Source of the DNA: Bdellovibrionota bacterium
Lineage (GTDB): Bacteria > Bdellovibrionota_C > UBA2361 > JBGSMV01
Length of the DNA: 46,993 nt
Direction of reading: 5' to 3'
Assembly: GCA_044356455.1 (NCBI GenBank)
Contig: JBIKWF010000023.1
Location: 1 to 46,993, forward strand
Below are positions 17,682 to 28,056 of the stretch, one piece after another. The stretch's first letter is position 1; every line of letters starts with the position of its first letter. The notes beneath the pieces were generated by a model. The model worked only from the letters and a program-made list of their open reading frames with translations, was not told the origin of the DNA and made no database searches. Made by a program: the position numbers and the translations under genes.

Positions 17682-18659
17682 ATGCTTCTCTCGATGGTAG
17701 AATCACGCCTCTCTCAGTTATTTCTTCTCCCGGAATGGGGTGCAGAAAGGCGCGAGCGGAAAATTTTTGCCGCAGTCTCGGGCGGCGTAGACAGCATGGC
17801 GCTTTTGAAGCTCCTTCTTGAGCTTCGCACAAAACTAGATTTTTCCCTTTCTGTCGCACACGTAGATCATGGCCTAAGAGCCTCGAGCGCGGGTGATGCG
17901 GATTTTGTCCGTGGGTACTGCGAGAAGCAGTCAATCGCCTGCTTCGTCCGGCGTCTTGGTGCCGTGCCTGACGGCGAGAATGTCGAGGACTGGTGCCGTA
18001 GGGAGCGTTACCTCTTCTTCTCTGAACTTCTCGCTCAGGAGAACGCCTTTGCGGTTTGTACGGCCCATCACGCCAATGATGTGCTTGAGACATTCGTCAT
18101 GCGCATGCTCGCAAACAAAGAAGCGCGAGGTATACAAGCCGCGGATCTTAAGCGGCGAGTTATTCGGCCCTTGCTTGGGGCCAGAAGGGCAGACCTTGAG
18201 GCCTATGTTGCTCAAGGTGGTCTAGATTACGTGGAGGATGAGACCAATGCGCAAACGGCGTTTGTGCGAAATCGGGTGCGTAACGTCCTTTTGCCCTTTG
18301 TTGAAGAGAAGTTTGGAGCTGCTGCCGTGGACTCTTTGCTTCTCCGGGCCCAGGCCTCTTCTGCTGACGAGGATTTGCTTTTGCAACTTGCCGAGGAGCG
18401 CCTACGTGAGGTCAGGAGCCTTCCTTTTGGCACTCGCGACTGGGTGCGGAAGCTTAGGGAGGTTATTGAGCCCGTGCCGCCTGAATTCGCTTGGCGCATT
18501 GTTGAGCGCGCCTTTCATGAGCTGGTGCCATATCGAATTGGAAGGCTCAAAGCTCTAGAACTTGCTGAGGTAGTTTGTCACCGGCAGGTTGCCGCTCAGC
18601 TTCCGGGAGGGGTTGAAGTGCGCAGGTCCGAGGGGGCGATAATTGTCCGGGCTACATAG
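17682..18659 (+). CDS. tilS: tRNA(Ile)-lysidine synthetase (short form)
   Basis: AVSGGVDSMAL, HVDHGLR, TAHHAND, EDETN, RNRVR; upstream of ftsH. Confidence 0.95.
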   Translation: MLLSMVESRLSQLFLLPEWGAERRERKIFAAVSGGVDSMALLKLLLELRTKLDFSLSVAHVDHGLRASSAGDADFVRGYCEKQSIACFVRRLGAVPDGENVEDWCRRERYLFFSELLAQENAFAVCTAHHANDVLETFVMRMLANKEARGIQAADLKRRVIRPLLGARRADLEAYVAQGGLDYVEDETNAQTAFVRNRVRNVLLPFVEEKFGAAAVDSLLLRAQASSADEDLLLQLAEERLREVRSLPFGTRDWVRKLREVIEPVPPEFAWRIVERAFHELVPYRIGRLKALELAEVVCHRQVAAQLPGGVEVRRSEGAIIVRAT

Positions 18660-18736
18660 GCAGCTGTCTGCTTAGACCGCTATCTCCTTAGGCCCCCTCA
18701 AGTAGCGCGGTAGTTATTTAAATTTCTTCAGAATTG

Positions 18737-18765
18737 TTGAGCTTTTTAGCCTGCATGATTACTCT
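18737..18765 (+). promoter_or_regulatory. Putative sigma70 promoter for the ftsH operon
   Basis: TTGAGC-17 bp-TACTCT in AT-rich intergenic DNA. Confidence 0.35.
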
Positions 18766-18884
18766 AAATAGAGCCGGGGATGATTCGCTTAGGCGCCCCC
18801 CTATTTTTTTAGTCCCTCAGTCTGGCGGGAGGGACTGGGGCAGGTGAATATGCCTCCTATCGTATCTTTTGAAGGATATCGCTC

Positions 18885-20750
18885 GTGGGAAATGTAGGTC
18901 GTAACGCAGTTTTTTGGCTCATCCTTGCTCTTCTTTTCCTTACTACGTGGAGGCTCGTTAAGCCGGTTCCTGAGGCCGCAAATGAGATCTCGTACTCAAA
19001 GTTTCTTGAGAGCGTAGAGGCAAAGACCATCGATAAGGTCAGCATGGAGGGCAATGTTATCACTGCTCACAGCAAAGACCCCGCAGCCCCCCTGGTTAAA
19101 ACTACGGCTCCTCAAGATGACTCCATGATCGCCTTGCTCCGTGATAGCGGGGTTGAGATCTCGGTTAAAGAGCCTGCCGAGCAGCCTTGGTATCTGTTTC
19201 TCCTCGTTAATGCACTTCCGATGGTGCTTCTGATTGCCATTTGGATTTTCTTCATGCGGCAAGTGCAGATGGGCGCTGGCAAGGGGATGAGCTTTGGTAA
19301 GTCGCGCGCGAAACTTCTTACCGAGAGCCAGCAACGCATCACCTTTGAAGATGTGGCAGGAATTGACGAGGCGCGTGCAGAGCTCGAAGAGATTATCGAT
19401 TTCCTAAAAGATCCTAAAAAATTCACCCGACTCGGTGGCAGAATTCCGAAGGGAGTCTTGCTGATTGGTTCTCCCGGTACGGGTAAAACTCTCATGGCGA
19501 AGGCGATTGCGGGTGAGGCTGGGGTTCCTTTCTTCAGCATTTCTGGATCGGATTTCGTCGAGATGTTTGTCGGCGTGGGCGCCTCTCGCGTCCGCGACCT
19601 GTTCATTCAGGGGAAGAAGAATGCTCCCTGTATCATTTTCATCGATGAAATTGACGCCGTAGGGCGTCACCGCGGTGCGGGATTGGGGGGCGGTCATGAC
19701 GAGCGCGAGCAAACTCTCAACCAGCTGCTTGTTGAGATGGATGGATTTGAGAGCAATGAGGGCGTAATTCTTATTGCGGCAACCAACCGTCCTGATGTGC
19801 TTGATCCTGCCCTTATGCGTCCGGGTCGCTTTGACCGTCGCGTAGTAGTTCCTCGTCCGGACTTAAATGGGCGACTTGGAATTCTCAAAGTTCATACGCG
19901 TAAAGTCCCGCTTTCAGACGATGTGGTGCTTGAGGTCGTGGCAAGGGGAACTCCTGGATTCTCAGGCGCGGACCTTGAGATCTTGGTAAACGAAGCTGCG
20001 CTGCATGCGGCAAGAAAAGACCGCGATAAAGTGACCAAAGTCGACTTTGAGTTCGCGAAAGACAAGGTCATGATGGGCGCCGAGAGGCGTTCGCTCCTTC
20101 TTTCTGATACCGAGAAAAAGACGACGGCGTATCACGAATCCGGCCATGCGCTGGTTGCGAAGCTGCTTCCTAATGCGGACCCCGTGCATAAGCTGACGAT
20201 TGTGCCGAGGGGAATGGCCTTGGGACTTATGCAGCAACTTCCCGTCGCTGATCGGCATACGTATTCAAGGGCCTACTGGCTCGACCAGCTTGCGGTGTTT
20301 TTCGGTGGCCGCGTAGCAGAAGAGGTTGCGTTCGGAGAAATGAATACCGGCGCAAGTTCTGACATAGAGCGCGCCACCGACATCGCTCGTCGTATGGTGA
20401 CTGAGTGGGGCATGAGCGACGCAATTGGTCCCGTGAACTACTCGAGCAAGGATGAGCACATGTTTCTGGGGCGTGACATCGGCAAAGCCCGCAGTCACTC
20501 TGAAGCTCAGCAAGTGCTGATAGACCAAGAGGTGAAGCGCCTCATAGAGACGCAGCATCAGCGTGCCAAAGAGCTAATAAGCAAGAATATCGGCATTCTT
20601 CACAAGATGGCGGAAGCGGTGCTTGAAAGGGAAACGCTTGATTCTGATGACATTGCGCGGCTGATGGCGGGGGAGACACTTCCGCCGCTCGTGATTGGCG
20701 CTTCGTCAAAGCCGGTGAAAGCGGAAGGAGCGGTATCGGTCCAAGCGTAA
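18885..20750 (+). CDS. ftsH: ATP-dependent zinc metalloprotease FtsH
   Basis: Two TM helices, [30 protein letters not shown]. Confidence 0.98.
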   Translation: MGNVGRNAVFWLILALLFLTTWRLVKPVPEAANEISYSKFLESVEAKTIDKVSMEGNVITAHSKDPAAPLVKTTAPQDDSMIALLRDSGVEISVKEPAEQPWYLFLLVNALPMVLLIAIWIFFMRQVQMGAGKGMSFGKSRAKLLTESQQRITFEDVAGIDEARAELEEIIDFLKDPKKFTRLGGRIPKGVLLIGSPGTGKTLMAKAIAGEAGVPFFSISGSDFVEMFVGVGASRVRDLFIQGKKNAPCIIFIDEIDAVGRHRGAGLGGGHDEREQTLNQLLVEMDGFESNEGVILIAATNRPDVLDPALMRPGRFDRRVVVPRPDLNGRLGILKVHTRKVPLSDDVVLEVVARGTPGFSGADLEILVNEAALHAARKDRDKVTKVDFEFAKDKVMMGAERRSLLLSDTEKKTTAYHESGHALVAKLLPNADPVHKLTIVPRGMALGLMQQLPVADRHTYSRAYWLDQLAVFFGGRVAEEVAFGEMNTGASSDIERATDIARRMVTEWGMSDAIGPVNYSSKDEHMFLGRDIGKARSHSEAQQVLIDQEVKRLIETQHQRAKELISKNIGILHKMAEAVLERETLDSDDIARLMAGETLPPLVIGASSKPVKAEGAVSVQA

Positions 20751-20804
20751 GTCTTGGGCGGAGCTTCTCCCTCGCTGGTTGTCCCCTGTGCGGATAGGTA
20801 AGGT

Positions 20805-21674
20805 ATGCTCCAAGCCCTCTCACCAGTGTCCTCTTCACTGGGCTTTGCGTTTGATTCGTCACTGATTCTGACAGTGCTCGATACGCTTATCGTGGCGTAC
20901 CTTATTTACCGAGGCCTCCTTGTTATTCGCGGAACCAGAGCAGCTCCCATGCTCTGGGGACTGATTCTGATCACGTTGCTGTTTCTTGTCGCCAAGCAAG
21001 TGGGCCTGCAAACCTTGGGCTGGATCCTGGGGAATTTTCTTAGCTCGATAATCCTTGTGATTGTGGTGGTCTTTCAGGATGAGCTGCGCCGCGGGCTCAC
21101 CAAGATGGGGCTGCAGCGATTTTTCCTCAAGTCGCAGAGCACCGCGGTTGATAAAGTAGCCGAAGATTTGGCGTATCTCCTCAGAAACTTCTCGGAGAAT
21201 CGCGTGGGGGCGCTCATTGTTTTGCAGCGTTCAATTGGCCTCGATGAATTTCTCGAAGAGGCGGTCACGCTTGACGCCTTGGTGAATCGAAAGCTTCTCG
21301 CTGCAATTTTTATGAAAGAATCTCCCCTGCACGATGGCGCCGTGGTTATTCATGGCGATCGCATTAAGGCCGCAGGATGTGTTTTGCCGCTTAGTTTTAA
21401 TCCTGATTTGGATCCAAATCTTGGCACGAGGCATCGCGCTGCGCTTGGGCTCTCTGAGCGCTCCGACGCTCTTATTATCGTGGTTTCGGAAGAGAATGGT
21501 TCTATCTCTGTTGCAGCCGAGGGTAAGCTCCTTCGTAATGTCGAGCCGGGAGATTTGCGCCGCATTCTGAGCACTCCCCTTGAAGGAGCTGCGCTCAGCG
21601 GATCTGAGGGCGCCGGATCTGAGAGCCACGGATCTTCGGCCTCATCCGGCAAATCCGTAGCGGGGGAGGACTGA
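20805..21674 (+). CDS. cdaA: Diadenylate cyclase CdaA (DacA)
   Basis: Three TM helices, FQDELRR, PLHDGA, GTRHRAA, VSEE. Confidence 0.95.
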   Translation: MLQALSPVSSSLGFAFDSSLILTVLDTLIVAYLIYRGLLVIRGTRAAPMLWGLILITLLFLVAKQVGLQTLGWILGNFLSSIILVIVVVFQDELRRGLTKMGLQRFFLKSQSTAVDKVAEDLAYLLRNFSENRVGALIVLQRSIGLDEFLEEAVTLDALVNRKLLAAIFMKESPLHDGAVVIHGDRIKAAGCVLPLSFNPDLDPNLGTRHRAALGLSERSDALIIVVSEENGSISVAAEGKLLRNVEPGDLRRILSTPLEGAALSGSEGAGSESHGSSASSGKSVAGED

Positions 21675-22720
21675 TGCAAAATCACGGCCTCAAGGTTCTC
21701 TCTTTGGGATTGGCGGTCCTGCTTTCCCTTTTTGTGCACTACTCTTTTGTTACCGAAAATGCCCCCTCAAGCATGGTGCAGCTCATCGTGCCGGTAGAGG
21801 TGCAGAATCTCTCGCTCGACCAAATTATCACCTGGCCTCCGACTCGACAGGCCGAAGTGGCGCTGAGGGGGTCTTCCAATTCGCTTTCAAAGATAGTTAC
21901 TACGCCGCCAATCTTTAGGGTCGAGGTGCCTGAGGGAACCAAGAATAGGTTTATCGCGCAGCTCCGCAAAGAAGATTTGCGTGTGGCTTCCGATGTTGAA
22001 ATTCTTAGTATTCGCCCCAGTGATATCGAGTTTAAGCTCGATACTCTCGTGCGCCGTACGGTGCCGGTGGTGGTCCCGCGGATTGGTTCTATTGCTGAGG
22101 GGCTTGTTATCGAGCGCGTGGATGTTAAGCCTGAAGAGGTGGTTCTTCGCGGCCCCGAGTCTGAGCTTAAGACTATTGGTGCGGTCGAGACGCTCCCTCT
22201 CGATGTCCGAGGAATTTCTGGCTCGCTTGTGCAGACGCTGAGCGTAAGAGTCCCAGGGGCTCTCACCGAGTCTGAGACAGCTTCGGTGGAGGTCTCGGTA
22301 AAGGTAGGGGTTAAGGCGCGAGAAGCACTCTTTCGGAACGTTCCGATCGAGGTGCGAGCCTCCTCAGGGGCTATGCTTAAAGTCGTCCCATCCTCGGTCT
22401 TGGTAGAGGTTTCTGGCCCTGAAAAGCAGCTTAGCAGCATGCCCGCAAGTCAAGTTCTGCCGTTTGTGCGTGTGCGGGAGGGAGAGGAGGCTTTTGCCCC
22501 GTTTGAGCGAGAGGTTAAGGTAGAAGTGCCCGAGCATGTCTCAGTCATTCGGATTGATCCCCCTACGGTACGGGTAGTACAGTCGGATTCGAAGCCTAGT
22601 GCCGGACAGCCCGCAGGGGGAGCTCGGACAGGCGTGAAAGGGCAGGCTGCCGCTCGTGTGGTTTCTGGGCCTCGTGTACTTGCCGAGGGCGGCGGAGCAA
22701 AGCTTTCCAAAGAGAAGTAA
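21674..22720 (+). CDS. cdaR: CdaR/YbbR-domain regulator
   Basis: KVLSLGLAVLL anchor, repeated beta-rich P..V.+.GP units; lies between cdaA and glmM. Confidence 0.85.
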   Translation: MQNHGLKVLSLGLAVLLSLFVHYSFVTENAPSSMVQLIVPVEVQNLSLDQIITWPPTRQAEVALRGSSNSLSKIVTTPPIFRVEVPEGTKNRFIAQLRKEDLRVASDVEILSIRPSDIEFKLDTLVRRTVPVVVPRIGSIAEGLVIERVDVKPEEVVLRGPESELKTIGAVETLPLDVRGISGSLVQTLSVRVPGALTESETASVEVSVKVGVKAREALFRNVPIEVRASSGAMLKVVPSSVLVEVSGPEKQLSSMPASQVLPFVRVREGEEAFAPFEREVKVEVPEHVSVIRIDPPTVRVVQSDSKPSAGQPAGGARTGVKGQAAARVVSGPRVLAEGGGAKLSKEK

Positions 22721-22722
22721 GA

Positions 22723-24090
22723 ATGAAATCTCAGACTAGAAAGTATTTTGGAACCGATGGGATTAGAGGTACGGCCAGTGTTCCTCCTCTTGATCCAGAG
22801 ACTCTGGTTCGTTTGGGCAAGGCCATCGCTAATATCTTTTTACGTCAGAAGGGCAAGCACCGCATTCTGATTGGAAAGGATACTCGTCTTTCTGGCTACA
22901 TGATTGAGACAAGCTTAGCGGCGGGCATTACTTCCATGGGCGCTGAGGTCCTTCTTGTGGGGCCGCTCCCCACGCCGGGTGTTTCCTATTTGACGCGCAG
23001 CATGAGGGCCGATGCGGGGGTGATGATTTCGGCTTCACACAACCCGTTCGAAGATAATGGTATTAAGATATTTGGAGCGGATGGCTTCAAGCTCCCGGAT
23101 GAAATGGAGTCCGAGATTGAGGCGCAAATGGAGCCCGGGGTTCTTGACGATAAAGCGGCGCCTTCCGCCGATTTAGGAAAGGCGACTCGCATCAATGATG
23201 CGATTGGGCGCTATACCGTATTTCTTAAGAATTTCTTCCCACGCGAGCTGACGCTTGAAGGGCTAAAAATTGGCCTTGATTGTGCGCACGGCGCAGCCTA
23301 CCTAGTCGCTCCTCAGACTTTTAGTGAGCTTGGAGCTGAAGTTGTTTCCCGTGGTGTGAGTCCAAACGGCCGGAATATCAATGCGGGGTTCGGAAGCCTC
23401 TATCCCGAGATCGTGCGAAAATTAGTGCTCGAGCAGAATCTTGATGTTGGAATCTCTCTGGACGGTGATGCAGATCGAGCCGTCTTGGTGGATGAGAAGG
23501 GCGGCGTGCTTGATGGCGATATGATTCTGGCCCTGTGCGCCATTGACCTAAAATCTCGCGGGCTCCTTAAGGGAGATAAGATTGTAGCAACGGTAATGTC
23601 GAACTTGGGGCTCGAAAAAGTGCTCGCGCCTCACGGCATTAAGGTTGAACGGGCGGGGGTCGGCGATCGCTATGTTCTCGAGATGATGCTCCAGCGCGGT
23701 GCTATACTTGGAGGTGAGCAGTCAGGTCATGCCATTTTCCTTGATGCTACCACGACCGGGGATGGGACAATGACCGGGCTTATGGTGCTTGCAGCCATGC
23801 TGAGGAGCGGAAAGCCTCTGTCGGCGCTCACGGCAAATTTTGTGAAGTTTCCCCAGAAATTAATTAATATTAATGTTTCTCGAAAGCCGCCTATTGAGAG
23901 TGTGGGGCCGGTGCACAAAATCATCACACAGAAAGAAAAAGAGCTTGGTGATAGCGGACGAATTCTTGTGCGCTACTCAGGCACAGAAAACAAAATTCGA
24001 GTGATGGTGGAGTGCGAGGACGAAGCCTCCTGTAAGCGTCATGCTACGGACGTGGCTTCGGTTATTGAGCAGGAATTGGGGGCGATGTAG
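22723..24090 (+). CDS. glmM: Phosphoglucosamine mutase
   Basis: FGTDGIRG, ISASHNP, DGDADR, GGEQSGH, RYSGTE. Confidence 0.97.
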   Translation: MKSQTRKYFGTDGIRGTASVPPLDPETLVRLGKAIANIFLRQKGKHRILIGKDTRLSGYMIETSLAAGITSMGAEVLLVGPLPTPGVSYLTRSMRADAGVMISASHNPFEDNGIKIFGADGFKLPDEMESEIEAQMEPGVLDDKAAPSADLGKATRINDAIGRYTVFLKNFFPRELTLEGLKIGLDCAHGAAYLVAPQTFSELGAEVVSRGVSPNGRNINAGFGSLYPEIVRKLVLEQNLDVGISLDGDADRAVLVDEKGGVLDGDMILALCAIDLKSRGLLKGDKIVATVMSNLGLEKVLAPHGIKVERAGVGDRYVLEMMLQRGAILGGEQSGHAIFLDATTTGDGTMTGLMVLAAMLRSGKPLSALTANFVKFPQKLININVSRKPPIESVGPVHKIITQKEKELGDSGRILVRYSGTENKIRVMVECEDEASCKRHATDVASVIEQELGAM

Positions 24091-24098
24091 CTGAATAG

Positions 24099-24227
24099 GG
24101 AATCTCTGAAAAAGTCTGCTCTGTGGACTCTGTGCCCTCTGTGGTTTATTTAAATTGTAGAAAAACCACAGAGGACACAGAGGTCACGGAGAGAAAAAAT
24201 AAAATATAGAGGTTTTTCAGAGGCTCC
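24099..24227. mobile_element. MITE type 1, alpha core (reverse orientation)
   Basis: ATAG-ggaatctctgaaaaagtc...ggtttttcagaggctcc-CTAG. Confidence 0.88.
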
Positions 24228-24275
24228 CTAGCTTGACCCCGCTTGCGCTATGAAGACCAAAAAGAGGGAGTGTAT

Positions 24276-26231
24276 ATGAAGAAGAGGCGAGGGAGAGTGT
24301 CGGCCCCTCGAAAAAAGCTTCGCGCACCTTCTTCTCGGCGCTTACAAAACACGGCGACCATCTATTCTCTTGAGACGCTGCCACTTTCTTTGCGGGTGCT
24401 GCCCAGTGCCAAAGAGATGCGGGCGCTTGATGAAGCTGCCATGGCGCTGGGAGTAACTTCGGCTGAACTCATGGAGCGTGCGGGCAAAGCCGTCGCTGAG
24501 TGGATTAAGGCCTCCGCGCGTGAACTGCCAGGTTCCTGTCAATTATCTATTCTTTGCGGGCCAGGAAATAATGGCGGAGATGGTCTTGTTGCGCTGAGGC
24601 TACTTAAAAAAGCCAAAGGAATGAAGGCTTGTGCCTTTGTGGTAGCGGCGGCGAGGTATTCCTCTGATTTTCTCGAACAACTGTCTCTCGCGCGAGCGGC
24701 GAAATGCCGTGTGTGTTTGGTAGCGCCAGATAATTCAGGAGTGGGTGTGCCCAGTCTTGGGGCTCTCCCTGAGCATGTTGCGGCGCTGCCTCTGGTGACA
24801 TGGAGCCAGCTTGAACCGGTTCTCGCTTCCGATGGACTGGTGGTCGATGCGCTATTAGGAACCGGCCAAAACTCAGCTCCCCAAGGAGAGATAGAAGCGG
24901 GAGTGCGCGCGCTTAGTCAAGCGCGAGAATGTGGAGCGCGCGTTCTTTCGGTGGATATTCCTACAGGGGTGGATGCGTCCGAGGGCAATGTTTTTGAGCC
25001 CGCAGTGCAAGCGCATGAGACCCTGGCAATTGAATGCCTCAAGCGCGGCATGCTTCAGTATCCTGCGCGTGGGTTCTGTGGTGTGCTCAAAGTTGCTCCC
25101 CTAGGAATTCTCAAGGTTGCTCTCGGTCATGTGCCTCCTCCGCCTCTTCGCGCGCTCTTTCTTGGGGATCCTCTCCTTGAGCTTCCCACTCGGCCAGTCG
25201 CAGCACACAAAGGGAATATGAAGCGTGTGCTGGTGGTAGGCGGTTCTCGTGCCATGCCGGGCGCCCCGGTGCTGTCGGGAGAGGCGGCGCTTCGTGCCGG
25301 CGCAGCCCTTGTGAGCGTCACTTATGTTCAGGGTTCGCCGCCTGTTTTGGCGGCTCCTGAACTCATGCGTATTTGCCTGGAAGAGGATCCAAGCGCCGCA
25401 TGGTGGCCCCAGATCGCCGAATGGACAGAGCAGCAAGCAGCGCGTGGGGCAGGTGTCCTTGTTCTTGGGCCTGGCCTTGGGACTGGTGATAACGTTGCCA
25501 AGCTGGTTGAGCTTGTGATTGCGCTTTCTCTTACCAAGGATTTGCCGCTCGTGCTTGACGCTGATGGGCTGAGTGCTTTGGCTGGCCTTTTGGCCTCAGG
25601 TAAAAGATTAAAACTACCCAAGGCTGTTCTCACCCCGCATCCAGGGGAAATGGCCCGGCTTATCGCGGCTCTATCAGCACACGCTTCTCCCGGGGCGCTT
25701 TCGGCTACGGAGATTCAGGCTGCCCGTTATAGTGCCGCCTCGTACCTGGCGTCGACTCTAGCAACCACCGTCGTACTAAAGGGAGCCTCCACCGTGATCG
25801 CTTCAGAGATTCCTGAGGAAGAAAATAGTGAGACGCAGGGAATGTTGGGAGGGAAACAGCTTGGAGGGACACTGCTCGGAGGGGCACAGCGCGGCGCGGT
25901 GAACCTCACGGGCACTCCCTGGATGGCAACAGGCGGGAGTGGGGATGTGCTGGCAGGAATTATTGCGGGCTTTCTTGCGCAAGGCCTTGAACCCTTTGAA
26001 GCTGCTACGGCTGGCGCTTATTATCACGGACGGGCGGGAGAGATTGCTTCCGCAAATAGTGCTTCGGTTAGTGGCTCCACAGGAAAGGCCGGTCACCCGA
26101 TTATCTCTTCTGACTTGATAACGTTTTTGCCCCAGGCCCTAGATGGAAAGTTTTCAGGGGCCTCGAAGCCTCTCCGGGAGACGCGCCCCAAGCCTCTCGG
26201 ATCCCCCTCTCGGCTGGGAGAGGTGCACTAG
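24276..26231 (+). CDS. nnr: Bifunctional NAD(P)H-hydrate epimerase/dehydratase
   Basis: LMERAG, CGPGNNGGDG, VDALLGTG, DIPTG, GPGLG, DADGL, LTPHPGEM, GGSGDVLAG; start uncertain. Confidence 0.93.
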   Translation: MKKRRGRVSAPRKKLRAPSSRRLQNTATIYSLETLPLSLRVLPSAKEMRALDEAAMALGVTSAELMERAGKAVAEWIKASARELPGSCQLSILCGPGNNGGDGLVALRLLKKAKGMKACAFVVAAARYSSDFLEQLSLARAAKCRVCLVAPDNSGVGVPSLGALPEHVAALPLVTWSQLEPVLASDGLVVDALLGTGQNSAPQGEIEAGVRALSQARECGARVLSVDIPTGVDASEGNVFEPAVQAHETLAIECLKRGMLQYPARGFCGVLKVAPLGILKVALGHVPPPPLRALFLGDPLLELPTRPVAAHKGNMKRVLVVGGSRAMPGAPVLSGEAALRAGAALVSVTYVQGSPPVLAAPELMRICLEEDPSAAWWPQIAEWTEQQAARGAGVLVLGPGLGTGDNVAKLVELVIALSLTKDLPLVLDADGLSALAGLLASGKRLKLPKAVLTPHPGEMARLIAALSAHASPGALSATEIQAARYSAASYLASTLATTVVLKGASTVIASEIPEEENSETQGMLGGKQLGGTLLGGAQRGAVNLTGTPWMATGGSGDVLAGIIAGFLAQGLEPFEAATAGAYYHGRAGEIASANSASVSGSTGKAGHPIISSDLITFLPQALDGKFSGASKPLRETRPKPLGSPSRLGEVH

Positions 26232-26650
26232 TGGAGCGATTGCTATCAACGGTGCAAGATACTCGCGATCTTGCCGCTGCGCTTGCGCCCAAATTAGAAG
26301 CGGCAATTTCGGGAGGCTGTTCGGTTGCACTTATTGGGGGGCTGGGAGCAGGGAAAACCACCTTTGTGCGCCACTTAGTGCAGGTTCTTGGGGGAGATGT
26401 TCAAGCGTCGTCCCCCACGTTTGTGTTGTGTCACGAATACCCAGCCAGAGCTGGACTGCTCATAGAGCATTGGGATGTTTACCGGCTTTCTGGTGCGCCA
26501 GAAGAACTTCTTTCCCCGCCCGCCCCGAGAGTGCTTCGATTGATTGAATGGGCAGATAAGTTCCCAGAAGTCCTCAGCGACTGCGAATTTGAGCTGACCT
26601 TTGAGCTGCGTGGGGAGAATTTGCGAAGGGTCCTTTTAAGGGGCTGGTGA
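26231..26650 (+). CDS. tsaE: tRNA t6A biosynthesis ATPase TsaE
   Basis: GGLGAGKTT, SSPTF, HWDVYRL, IEW. Confidence 0.93.
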   Translation: MERLLSTVQDTRDLAAALAPKLEAAISGGCSVALIGGLGAGKTTFVRHLVQVLGGDVQASSPTFVLCHEYPARAGLLIEHWDVYRLSGAPEELLSPPAPRVLRLIEWADKFPEVLSDCEFELTFELRGENLRRVLLRGW

Positions 26651-26724
26651 AGGTAGGAGCCTCGCTGGACGATTGCTTCGCTGCGGGCGATACTAAGAGC
26701 ACGTGGGGAGATGGTAGGGGTATC

Positions 26725-27999
26725 GTGAAGATAGTTGTAAAAAAATTCGGTGGTACGTCCGTCGCCGACATCGGGCGCATTCGAAATGTTGCGCGCCTAC
26801 TCAAGCGCTTTCAAGAAAAGAATCCTGACACCAAACTTGTTGTAGTCGTTTCGGCCATGGCCGGGGAGACTAACAAACTCCTTGCGCTTGCGCGTAGCTG
26901 CGTAGAGAAGCCAGCAGCTCGCGAATTGGATGTGCTTGTCGCTACAGGAGAGCAAGTTACAGTCGCCCTTCTAGCAATGGCATTGATAGAGCTTGGAATG
27001 CCGGCAAGAAGCCTGCTTGCGCAGCAAGCGCGCATCACCACGGACAGACAGTTCATGAACGCGAAAATTGAATCCATCGATGGATCCAATGTCTCGGCGG
27101 TTCTTGACCAAGGTGAAATTGCGGTGGTGGCCGGATTTCAGGGCGTGGACGAAGACGGTAATGTGACCACGTTGGGTCGAGGCGGGTCGGATATTACTGC
27201 GGTTGCGCTTGCGGCCGCGTTACATGCGGATGCTTGTTACATCTACACCGACGTGGAGGGGGTGTTTACGGCTGACCCGCGGCTGTGTCCTAAGGCGCGT
27301 TTAATGAATCTTGTCTCGCACGAAGAGATGCTTGAGCTTGCGAATCTTGGCGCTAAAGTTTTGCACGCTCGGTCGGTGTACTTTGCCATGATGTACCGCG
27401 TCCCTATGGTAGTGCTTTCGACCTTTAATCCAGAAGGCGGCGCGACGTGGGTAGTTGAAGAGGAGAAACTTGTGGAAAAGCCAGTAGTAACAGGAATTAC
27501 CTACCGCACGGACGATGCCAAGCTCACCATCCATAGAATGCGGAATGCGAGCAAAGCGCTTGGCGCAATTTTTACTCGGCTTGCGGAAGAAGATGTCTTT
27601 ATCGACATGATTACGCAAACGGGGCTAGAAGGCGGTTATACGAGCGTGAGTTTCACGGTGCCCGACGAGAAAAGTTCGCGGGCGCTTGCCCTCTTGCAAG
27701 AGGCAGTTCCAGCTCTTGGAGCGGAAGGCGTCTCTATAGAGCGAGATATCGCCAAGGTGTCCGCCGTGGGAGTGGGGATGCAGTACCACACGGGTGTTGC
27801 CGCGCGGCTCTTTGAGGCGCTTGCTTCGGAAGGCATTGATGTTCAAATGATTGGCACCTCTGAAATCAAGATTTCGGTAGTGGTGCTACGGAAGTATTGT
27901 GAAGTCGCCGTGCGGGCTTTGCACAAGACGTTTATTGAAATGAGCCCCGCAATACTCGCCGAGGCAGAGAGAGGAAGGCCTCTTCAACTTCAAGCCTAA
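26725..27999 (+). CDS. lysC: Aspartate kinase
   Basis: KKFGGTSV, VVSAM, TTLGRGGSD, TDVEGVFTADPR, two ACT domains (TSEIKIS). Confidence 0.96.
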   Translation: MKIVVKKFGGTSVADIGRIRNVARLLKRFQEKNPDTKLVVVVSAMAGETNKLLALARSCVEKPAARELDVLVATGEQVTVALLAMALIELGMPARSLLAQQARITTDRQFMNAKIESIDGSNVSAVLDQGEIAVVAGFQGVDEDGNVTTLGRGGSDITAVALAAALHADACYIYTDVEGVFTADPRLCPKARLMNLVSHEEMLELANLGAKVLHARSVYFAMMYRVPMVVLSTFNPEGGATWVVEEEKLVEKPVVTGITYRTDDAKLTIHRMRNASKALGAIFTRLAEEDVFIDMITQTGLEGGYTSVSFTVPDEKSSRALALLQEAVPALGAEGVSIERDIAKVSAVGVGMQYHTGVAARLFEALASEGIDVQMIGTSEIKISVVVLRKYCEVAVRALHKTFIEMSPAILAEAERGRPLQLQA

Positions 28000-28056
28000 G
28001 GGGCTCTTGCGGGAAGCTCCTTGTGAGATTCTGAATCAAAAAGTTAGGGACAGCTT

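Noticed and set aside
25801..25813. cttcagagattcc inside nnr matches a MITE end (weaker match near 26150-26164)
   Set aside because: No partner end or core, and the side where the element would lie is conserved nnr coding sequence; treated as chance.
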